Origin: Rhynchopus sp. YZ270_cl-10
Taxonomy: Eukaryota
NCBI GenBank assembly: GCA_964035575.1
Contig: OZ037837.1
Span: 372,001 to 436,000, forward strand
DNA: 64,000 nt
Reading direction: 5' to 3'
Shown here piece by piece: positions 54,599 to 64,000 of the stretch. The notes under the pieces are model-generated. The model did not search any database. It saw only the letters and a program-made list of their open reading frames with translations, and was not told the DNA's origin. The position numbers and the translations under genes were made by a program. The stretch's first letter is position 1; the number at the start of each line of letters is the position of its first letter.

Positions 54599-56290
54599 TC
54601 AATTGCGCAGATGTTCAGGCAGACTCTTGAAGACAGCATCGCTACACTTGTCCTTTCCATGCAAGGTCTTCAACTCTGTGCACCCATCCAAGAACCAGTG
54701 TCCGACGTCGGTGACACCTTGTAATGCACTCACATCAACGGTCGACAATGATGTGCACCCTCGGAGGAACGAGTTCCCAATCGACCGGGCACCTTGCAAT
54801 CCACTTAGATCAACTGTCTTCAATGATGTGCACGCGTAGAGAAACCCGTGCCCAATCGAGGTGACAGCTCGTAATCCACTCAGATCAACGGTCGACAATG
54901 ACCCGCAGTCGTCGAGCAGCCAGTTCCCAATCGAGGTGACAGCTTGCAATGCGCTCATATCAACTGTCGACAACGAGCTGCAATCGGCGAGAAACCCGTC
55001 CCCAATCGAGGTGAGACCTTGTAATCCACCAAGATCAACTGTCGACAATGATGTGCACCCTCGGAGGAACCCATTCCCAAACTTGGTGACACCTTGTAAC
55101 CAACTCAAATCAACTGTCGTCAATGATGTGCACCCGTAGAGGAACAGGTTCTTAATCGAGGCGAGACCTTGTAATCCACTCAGGTTGAGTGTGGTCAAAC
55201 TCGAGCAGTTACCAAGAAAGTTGTCTTCAATCGCAACCAAAGTAGACGCGTAACTGATATCAATGCACGTCACTGCAGTACCCGAGAAGAAGTTGTCTGG
55301 AATCGCAGTCGCAGCTCCTGCCTGGAGGAGCAAGCAAGCCAGCTTCGGATCACTGCGTCGATCAGTCACCTGCTGCAACCTTTCTGCTGTAAGTGTCTCA
55401 TCCAACTCACGAAGTGCTGCAATGGCATCTTGCACACTCACCTGCACAGCAAGCGCTGACTTCTGGGCAAGGGCATCATGCACGTTCGAAATAGGCAGCT
55501 TCAGGGGGAAAGAAAACGTTGCGTGTGGGTGTGCAGCACCCACAAGGCGGTGGCGGTCTCCACTCGCTGCCATGATGTTGATGCTCCGCACAACGGCCTG
55601 CGACTCTGTGACCGCACGCAGCACCTGGTCGTCCCCAAGTTGGCACACCGCCTCGCACTCAGCAATCACGCGTCTTGCCTTCGCAACAAACGTCTTCAGC
55701 GCACACACCTCCCCTTCACGACTGAGTGCCTGTGTGAGGAAGCTCCGTGCCACCTCCTCCTCACACACGACTTCGCTGCGCGACACATCCTCACGCATCA
55801 CGAGGTGCCCGACGTGTGTCTGCAGGAGAAGATCTTTGTACGTGTCCTCAGTGGGTGGGAGTGCCTCAAGCACACGGCACTTCTCCTCTGCAGCAGTCCG
55901 CTGTGTTGTCAGGTCTGCCACGTGCGAGCGGAAGGTGTCACGCTGGCGTTTCATGTAGTCTGTGATGTCAACTGTCTCGTGTCCCGCATGTGTGTCGCAC
56001 TTGTCACAGCGAGTGCAGATCAACGCGTCTCCACACGCAGGGTGTACACAAATGAGGCACAGCTCTTGGCCTGGGTGATGTGCACACTTCGACGACGTCC
56101 CGTACGAAGTCACAGAAGCTCGATGTGCCTCACGGTCACGTGCCCTCAAGGATGAGTGGAACACTTCGAAGCACGCAGGCTTGTCGCAGAAGAACAGCTC
56201 CGTGCAGATCCCGCACTGCAGCTGTGCAGGCACGCCACAGTTCTCGCAGCTGGGTATCTGTGGTGCGGTGGGCTGCGTGTCAGACACCAT
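54599..56290 (-). CDS. B-box x2, coiled coil, 25-aa LRR protein (RING-less TRIM-like); start at 56290 or 56350
   Basis: CENC..CGIC..FC..CF..FH..H and CAHH..LICVHPAC..LICTRC..HAGH; helical linker; about 8 LSTVDLSGLQGxTSIGxxFLxGC repeats. Confidence 0.85.
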   Translation of the reverse strand: MVSDTQPTAPQIPSCENCGVPAQLQCGICTELFFCDKPACFEVFHSSLRARDREAHRASVTSYGTSSKCAHHPGQELCLICVHPACGDALICTRCDKCDTHAGHETVDITDYMKRQRDTFRSHVADLTTQRTAAEEKCRVLEALPPTEDTYKDLLLQTHVGHLVMREDVSRSEVVCEEEVARSFLTQALSREGEVCALKTFVAKARRVIAECEAVCQLGDDQVLRAVTESQAVVRSINIMAASGDRHRLVGAAHPHATFSFPLKLPISNVHDALAQKSALAVQVSVQDAIAALRELDETLTAERLQQVTDRRSDPKLACLLLQAGAATAIPDNFFSGTAVTCIDISYASTLVAIEDNFLGNCSSLTTLNLSGLQGLASIKNLFLYGCTSLTTVDLSWLQGVTKFGNGFLRGCTSLSTVDLGGLQGLTSIGDGFLADCSSLSTVDMSALQAVTSIGNWLLDDCGSLSTVDLSGLRAVTSIGHGFLYACTSLKTVDLSGLQGARSIGNSFLRGCTSLSTVDVSALQGVTDVGHWFLDGCTELKTLHGKDKCSDAVFKSLPEHLRN

Positions 56291-56379
56291 GTTGTGTGTT
56301 TCGAAGAGGTGGGAGGGTGCAGGGGTGTCTGGAAGGGGTTGGGTGTGCATGGATGAAAATAGTGTGGGAAAAAAAGACT

Positions 56380-56530
56380 GCGTGACATTGTTCCACCGCA
56401 GACACATCAATGGTTTGCCAAGGTGTTGCAGTGGTCGAGGAAGGACTCCTCCATCTGCACGACATTGCTCCACCAGACATAAAGGGCAGTCGACGCGCTG
56501 CAGTAAACAACGAAGCCATGAATGTGCGTG
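56380..56530 (-). pseudogene. Degenerate LRR fragment of the Ubl-LRR type
   Basis: Frameshifted CSA..WSNVVQMEESFLDHC..WNNVTQ remnants upstream of the B-box gene. Confidence 0.55.
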
Positions 56531-57501
56531 GCTGTCAAAATCTCTTTGTTTTTCTCTTTGTCTATTTTTCCTGCATTTTTTATTCTCTTCTTTGTACTTT
56601 CTTTTGTTTTGGTTGTTGTTAGATAAGCTCAATCGCCTATCGAGTTCTGTGAATAGCACGGAACTCCTTTTCATGTGTATCCATGGAAATCAGTATCATA
56701 TGTGATACCGGGGGGAAATTTTTTGAAAAAAGGTGTCGTTTGAGAAAAACAAACAAACGGACGCGCTGTGTGAAAAACGAGTGTTTCTCTGCGCGTGATA
56801 TTTTGTGGGGAAGAATAAAACATTATGAAAAAAGCTCGTTGCGTTCCCACTATCGTTTCCGCTGCGCTCTCACTAGCGTTCCCACTCCATTCGGTTTTCT
56901 CTTACTTAGAAAAAAAAATACAGGAATACCCTATGTTGCGTACTTAGTGCGTAGTTGTTGGTATGAGTTCCTGGAGGCGTTCACAGAGGTTTGCCTAGCA
57001 AGGCAGTTGACCCATGACACAGCATCCTGGCACACCCTGGGAGGCCCTTTGGGTTGCGGTCTTTGTGAGGCGTGTGTATCTCAGATTAGTTTACGTAGGG
57101 TGGGCACCTGACATAGCGACCTTTAACTACCCGTCTTGAAACGGACAGCATTTTAAGAAAAACAACAAAGTGGATACTCTGGAACAATGGTAATTGTAGC
57201 AGAAAGTACACACTGTATGCTGCGTAAAAAAAAAAAACGCTCTGGAATATTGAGCGGAAAATAGGAAGGGGGCGGGAAGGAGGGTAGCAGGGAAGGTGGA
57301 GGAATGAAAAGGGAGAGGAAGTGCAGAAACAATGGTCATGCAGGCACCAGGCGGTGCATGCTCATCTTTCTACTGCAAAGAATGCAGCGTGTAAAAAAAG
57401 AAGCGTTCGATTTGATGTACTTTACATTAAAAGAAGAGAAAAGCACACAAAAAGGACGTTCAAAAAAAAAAAAACGAAATACTCCGTCTTTTGTAATTGC
57501 A

Positions 57502-58156
57502 CAGGGTTGTTTCTAGGGGGGTCGGGGGGGGTCACTGACCCCCCCCAGATTCTGGGGGGTCAAATTGACCCCCCCCGGGGGGGGGGTCAATTTTACCCCC
57601 AGAATCTGGCACGGTGCGCTGGTCAGCCTCACCCCCCTGTAAAAAATTACATATTTTCCCCCGAACTACACGTTTTCCACCCACCACCAGTGTTGGCACT
57701 GGTGAAGAGCGACAACACCCGCACCGACTACACCACGTGGAACGGTGATGGGAGTGTGAAAAAAGATTTGGCGAAAAGAATAAAAGTAGCGTACCGTGCG
57801 CCTGCGGCGCAAGCTTACATCACACCCTTCCCATGACATAGTTTGGCTGTACAATAGTGCAATTTTAAGCGCAATTTTAGAAATGTTGCGTACCGTGGCT
57901 TCGCCAGGAACCTTTGGGTACCATGCCACCGTTTCTTTACCTGTTTCATACCCGCACAGAAGCTACATACCACCATGATATTCTGAAGCTTTGGGGTATG
58001 GGGTTTTCTTGGTGAGATCAAGGCTTCGTCGAGAAAGCTCGGAATACACCCAAAAACCCTTGAAAGACCATTTTTTCCCGGCGGAAAAAAAATTTTTTTT
58101 GGGAAAAAAATTGACCCCCCCCGAGAAAAAAAAACGAGATCCTAGAAACAACCCGG
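57502..58156. mobile_element. CAGGG-terminated TIR element (no clear TSD)
   Basis: CAGGGTTGTTTCTAGG ... CCTAGAAACAACCCGG; TGACCCCCCC subterminal repeats near both ends. Confidence 0.55.
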
Positions 58157-59193
58157 GGATCTACGTGGACAAGTGTAGAGGGTGGGGTGGGGGGGCAGCA
58201 CTCTACCTGGGCTTCTAAAGAAGGGTATGTTAACCGCGGAGTGCAATGCGGGCTCGAGAAGTCATAAACAGACAGCACACATCTCGCCCCCTGGCTGTGG
58301 CAGCTCTACAAGCAATAGCTGGCCCTGACTCCAAATGCTCCAAAATAAAAATAACATTCATACAAACGAGGCTAAGTCGGACGGATTAAAAATACTCAGG
58401 CGTGTCTCGAGGCGCTTGGGAATACTTCAGCCACACCTCAGATATGTTTTCCAGCCAGGCCATTTTTCAGGCACACTTGGCCTCGCTGCATTGTATGGTA
58501 CTATGGTAGAGAAAAAGCTGTCCGAGGGATATCATATATTGTCGCCTTCAGGCATGCTGTTGGTGGGGGGCTATACGCTACCCACGTCATACGCACTGTC
58601 AGTTTTTTTTTTTGAGGATGTGTAATATACAAGAAAGTTTCTGTCGCGATGAAGTGATGCTTCAAGTGCAACACGAAACTTTGAGACAAAGAGACACAAG
58701 TAACTTTTCACCCCCAAAAAACATCCAGAAATGGATGTCAAAAGGGTTTATCTACTATCAGTATGCCTCTGTTGTACACCACATTGTTTTGTTCTTCCTT
58801 TTTTTTCTTTCAACATTTTTTATTACTTTTTTGTTGTTTGGGAGACACGCACCACATGTCGGTTCCGTGGAAAAACATGGCATGGAACCAACTGTGTGCT
58901 GCCCCTTTTTATGTCTAAACTGTATCACAAGTGATACCGGGGGAAAAAAGTTTGTAAACTGCAGAAGCAAAACAAGCTCGCAAACAAAAAAAAAAGTTTT
59001 GCGAAGTGTGTGGTGAGGGAGAGAGAATAAAACATTACGAAAAAACCTCCACTATCATTTTGCAAGCTTCATTTACAGGAAAAAACCCTTTGCTTAAAGT
59101 ACAGAAATGAGGTGAGTGCACAATAAAGGAGGAATAAACAACACGTCTCAGACGTTTGAATAATTACCCACCACAAAGTATTATTTGTCCTAA

Positions 59194-60246
59194 CATACAA
59201 TGCAACGAGGCCGAGTCGGCCTCGCCAAGGCCTGAAAATAAATACTCAGGCGTGCCTGAGGCGTACTCGGGATTAGTTACGTTTAAGTACGCCTCAGGCA
59301 CGCCTGAGTATATTTATATTTCTTACCAGCATTTTGGTCATGAACAAAAAAAGTATTTCCCCCCAAATTTTGTGGTTTTCAATTCAGAGGTAGCAAAATC
59401 TTTCAAATGCGGGGTCGCACGATGAAAAATGTGCCTCTGGGCCGAGTCGAAAAAATGAAAAGGGTTCGCTAAGCTTTGGTGCTGATGATATATATTTTGG
59501 TGGTATTTCATTGATTTAGAATCATTGGAAACAAATCTCGGGGGTGCTTTTCGACTGGGTCCCTTCGGGCCCAACTTGATGCAAGACGGAAGAGGCTCAT
59601 ACAAGGCTGGACCCTCTAACACTAGAGAGATCCCAGAATTTTACACAGGCCTCCTTGATCCACAGACCACAGCTCTATTTTTAGTACAACTATGGGGTGA
59701 CCAACGGACTTTTTTACATACCCGAGGTATGACTCATCTTCTGCGAAGCCTCTTTTTAGGAGGCAGTTTACTGTAAGCAGTAACCATGATATTTTTCCAC
59801 TAAAAATATCTTGCGACCCCGCAATTTTCTCAGGACACCGAAAGTTGATTTCAGCACATTTCAGGGGGAAATACATGGCATGCCTTAGAAACGTGATGAC
59901 CTGTGCATAATAATTTTATATTATCAGCAGAAATATGAAACCGGGTATACTTTCCCCTGATTTTTGGTACAAACTTAAAGTCACGCATTTTTTGCTAAAA
60001 ATATTGTCCGACCCCGGAATTTTTTCAGATCGCTCCGGAAATGCATCAGAGGCCCTTTTTTGCGGGGAAAAAATACACACCAGGCGCCTGAAACGCAAGT
60101 ATGCGTTGATATATACTCAGGCGTGCCTGAGGCGTACTTAAACGTAACTAATCCCGAGTACGCCTCAGTGACGCCTCAGGCGCGCCTCAGATATATTTTC
60201 CAGACATGAGTATTTTCAGGCGTACCCGGCCTCGTTGCATTGTATG
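59194..60246. mobile_element. Non-autonomous TIR element with long inverted ends; relatives at about 58358-58498 and 4745-4810
   Basis: CATACAATGCAACGAGGCC ... GGCCTCGTTGCATTGTATG; about 65-bp internal inverted block; TCCTAA (or TGTCCTAA) duplicated. Confidence 0.8.
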
Positions 60247-60252
60247 TCCTAA

Positions 60253-60638
60253 GGGTACCCTCACTTTATATTTTGTAGCCCGCTCGGATTGTTGAGAAAC
60301 CCACGAGACAATGGTGCTACGGAGGGGGCCTATATTGACATTTCCTTGACATTTCCTTGACATGTCCTTGACACTGGGGGGATACACTTTAAAATTTGTG
60401 GTGGTTTTTTTTGGCCGGGAAATCTGCCTCGTCCAAAAAAACCGGCATTTGCATTTTTGGAATCCGTCCATCCAGTAGTGGGGTCATTTTGCCAAAATGG
60501 ACAAGTTCTTGGTACATACAAAAATACACACAAAATAGCCTACAGATTATAAAATGACACATCCCCCCAAAATTGACATGTCCTTGACAGTTGTCCCGTA
60601 ACACCAGACAAGAAACAAAATATAAAGTGAGAGTATCC
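60253..60638. mobile_element. PIF/Harbinger (Tourist)-like MITE
   Basis: GGGTACCCTCACTTTATATTTTGT ... ACAAAATATAAAGTGAGAGTATCC; TAA on both sides. Confidence 0.7.
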
Positions 60639-60648
60639 TAATATAAAA

Positions 60649-62784
60649 GAGAAAAGTTCGATTTCGGCCTCGAAAATACCCGTGACACCGATTTGTCACG
60701 GTACTTTGTCACGGAATTTTTTTGAAAGATTCGATTTCGTGACAAAAAAAGTTCGATTTCGTGACAAGCCGATTTTTTCATTGACACACAAAATTCAATT
60801 TAGTGACAAATGACTTTTTTCATTGACAAAAAAAAATTTGATTTCGTGACAAATCCATTTTTTCATTGACAAAAAAATGTCATTGAAAAAAATGGATTTT
60901 GTCAAGGAAAAAGTCGTGACAGCCAACCCGCCAGTCACTGAAAAGTGACCAGACAGCCACTTGACAAACACAAAAGAGGCCATTCTTGAGCTGTCTAGAA
61001 ACCTAAGGGCAGAGACTGAAGACACAAGGTATGATAACTTTATGATTATGCAAGACTTAGTATATCGCGAACACGGTCAGGCTTGCACGCCTCTGGCCAG
61101 AGGCCAGCCCCACTAAATGATATGCAGCAGACACTCATTGCAGATTTCATTTTCATTCGGTAAAAAATTAATGGGTGCGCAAGTTTCTATACCTAATACC
61201 CCAACCCTCACCCATACATTCCATTACACACACCAAAACAGATCGAATCCACCAGCGCATGCGACGGAAGCAGATTCAGATTGTGGTTTGATAAGCAGAG
61301 TTCGGTTATTATGGTGGTGGAAAGGGGGGTGGGAACACTTTGTCAGTCACTGCTATAGCCATTAACCAGGGAGCATAGCTAGTGCAAGAAATTCGACTTT
61401 GGAAACCTTCCGGAAAGTCTGTCCTCTGCTTCCGGAGGACTAGACACAAGAAAATATTGTTTGTTCCCCCAGAAAACCAGTGCACAATTCACACTCCTTG
61501 TGGGTGGTCTTGTTGCCTTTTCGTCATAGTAATTTTGGCCCAGGCATGCTCTCGAAGCATGACAATTTAGTGTGTATGGGGCAGGGTGTTGTTTTGTTCT
61601 GAATTCTCTTTGTTATAACATCTAAGTCAATCGCGGGTGGTGGTTTGTGTAGCGTGAGGCACTCTTTTTAGCAAACTTCCTGCGGCTGCTAAAGTGTTAT
61701 TTCTTCGGATTTAACAACGTACAGCGTAACATAGTGGTTTAGCCTGGTCGACACAACCTTTGATAGATACGGGATAACCAACCCCCTTCGACCCCTTGTG
61801 GGTTCACTGAACAAGCCCTCGTGGTAGTTAAACGCGATTGACATTTACATTTCCTAGAGATGAAAGAACAAGATAACACTTCTGTACCCGCGCATCAAAA
61901 TTGTGGAAAACTTTGCACCCCAAACACCCTCAACAACGCCCGCCAAAAGGCGCCCCTTGTTGCTGGGAGTTGGTTCTCATGTTTGATACACTGCACAGCA
62001 GGCATTCCTCTGAGTCCAACGCATGTTTGGCCTGTCTGCGGCGTTGTACTTAAGGTGCACGAAGACAGGGTCTGGTGGTAAATTTTGCGTAGTACTGCGA
62101 CGTGGTACTACGTGGGTCTGGGAACCTGGTACCTGGGCACAGGATATTTGTTGTAAAGACATCTTCCATCATGCATTGAGGAGGGTAAGACAGTGTTCGC
62201 AGTTTCTACCTGATAGCATTACACATTTAACTTCTCCACGGGGGTCTTGGGCCGTTCACTCGGTTCTACCTTGACTACCGGAAGATATTCTTGAGGCCTT
62301 TTTGGTCTCTAGAATATCCGGTCTTCCCGAACGGAGGCACACTTTGTGTGTTACTACGACCTGGCAATTTCCAGCAGTAGGTTAAGTAATCTTTCTTGTA
62401 AATTGTTGGATCATTATCTCCTCAGTGCATGAATGCCCCACGTGACTGGACACTTTTGTGTTTGTCATGTGGAGCTGTGGTTGCTCTTTCACGACTTTTA
62501 TCCTTGTATCCAGTGTACCCAGTACCCAGTGCCCTGTCACGACTTTTTCCGTGACAAAAAGTTCGGTTTCCTTGACAAAATCCATTTTTTCATTGACATT
62601 TTTTTGTCACTGAATTTTTGGATTTGTCACGAAATCGAATTTTTTTTGTCAATGAAAAAATTGGTTTGTCACGAAATCGATTTTTTTTTGTCACGAAATC
62701 GAATCTTTCAAAAAAATTCCGTGACAAAATTCCGTGACAAATCGGTGTCACGGTAATTTTCGAGGCCGAAATCGAACTTTTCTC
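60649..62784. mobile_element. Mutator-like (MULE) non-autonomous element, 2.1 kb
   Basis: About 250-bp TIRs starting GAGAAAAGTTCGATTTCGGCCTCGAAAAT with TTCGTGACAAA repeats; 9-bp TSD AATATAAAA at 60640-60648 and 62785-62793. Confidence 0.88.
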
Positions 62785-63268
62785 AATATAAAATTATTAC
62801 GCGTCCACTCGACGTTTGGATAAAGAAAACTAGAGATGAAAGGGGGTTTGGGGGGAAGAGTTTAATTCTTGAACGCATCCCCACACTCAGTCACACAATT
62901 GTAATGGTGCAATATAAAAAATAAGTATTTCAACCGCACACCACATTGCGACAGGTAGCATTGTGCCGCCCTCGACGCAGATTCCAAAGGGGATTACTGA
63001 AACACCGCCGCAGAGGAAAAGATACAAATAGATTCACGACAGTGCCGACAGTTGCTTTAGACTCAGCTAAGCCTCTTATGTGCAGAGTCAAGCCTTTTGC
63101 ACAGCCATGTTTTGTCAATGTTTGCTTCGTATTTTGCGACCCACAAAATATGGGAGTCGTGACTTCCAGCTTACACTTAAAAAAACATTGAATGTAAAGG
63201 CGGGGGTCCAAATAACGTTATTATTCGGTAACTTTGAGAATTTTTTTCAAAAAGGGAAAAAATAAATA

Positions 63269-64000
63269 GAGAAAAGTTCGATTTCGGCCTCGAAAATTAC
63301 CGTGACACCGATTTGTCACGGAATTTTGTCACGGAATTTTTTTGAAAGATTCGATTTCGTGACAAAAAAAAATCGATTTCGTGACAAACCAATTTTTTCA
63401 TTGACACACAAAATTCGATTTCGTGACAAACCGATTTTTTCATTGACAAAAAAAAATTCGATTTCGTGACAAATCCAAAAATTCAGTGACAAAAAAATGT
63501 CAATGAAAAAATGGATTTTGTCAAGGAAACCGAACTTTTTGTCACGGAAAAAGTCGTGACAGAAATGGATTTTGTCAAGGAAACCAAACTTTTTGTCACG
63601 GAAAAAGTCGTGACAGGGCACTGGGTACTGGGTACACTGGATACAAGGATAAAAGTCGTGAAAGAGCAACCACAGCTCCACATGACAAACACAAAAGTGT
63701 CCAGTCACGTGGGGCATTCATGCACTGAGGAGATAATGATCCAACAATTTACAAGAAAGATTACTTAACCTACTGCTGGAAATTGCCAGGTCGTAGTAAC
63801 ACACAAAGTGTGCCTCCGTTCGGGAAGACCGGATATTCTAGAGACCAAAAAGGCCTCAAGAATATCTTCCGGTAGTCAAGGTATAACCGAATGAACGGCC
63901 CAAGACCCCCGTGGAGAAGTTAAATGTGTAATGCTATCAGGTAGAAACTGCGAACACTGTCTTACCCTCCTCAATGCATGGTGGAAGATGTCTTTACAAC
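63269..64000. mobile_element. Second, inverted copy of the same MULE-like element (runs off the window)
   Basis: Near-identical reverse complement of about 62150-62784 with extra subrepeat units. Confidence 0.88.

Noticed and set aside
56351..56674. N-terminal extension of the 691-aa ORF
   Set aside because: Low-complexity sequence plus a frameshifted LRR remnant; the real start is probably 56290 or 56350
60660..60920. Spaced TTCGTGACAAA repeats resembling a CRISPR array
   Set aside because: Short irregular units inside MULE TIRs, non-unique spacers, no cas genes, eukaryotic context

Overview
Eukaryotic genomic DNA, most likely a free-living euglenozoan (diplonemid-like; inference). All credible genes are long, apparently intronless and on the minus strand, consistent with a polycistronic unit, and are separated by AT-rich spacers full of non-autonomous DNA transposons and satellites. 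Genes: two WSC/mucin/multi-TM surface proteins; a predicted multi-heme fusion of class I peroxidase, DOMON, cytochrome b561, cytochrome b5 and a degenerate cyclase-like domain; a ubiquitin-like/LRR tandem family (one intact, two broken copies); a GH3 glycosidase; an NLR-like ankyrin/ADP-ribosyltransferase/STAND NTPase/WD40 protein; two membrane adenylate cyclases; and a B-box/coiled-coil/LRR protein. Highlights: (1) the peroxidase-to-cytochrome b5 transmembrane redox chain in one polypeptide; (2) an apparently site-specific insertion element found twice at the same position of Ubl-LRR paralogues, with a 20-bp duplication, an identical structured 127-bp end and a triple CxxHxxxxCxxC..CCxxHH repeat; (3) the myristoylation-motif ART-NLR. 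All domain calls were made by eye from motifs; no database searches were run.
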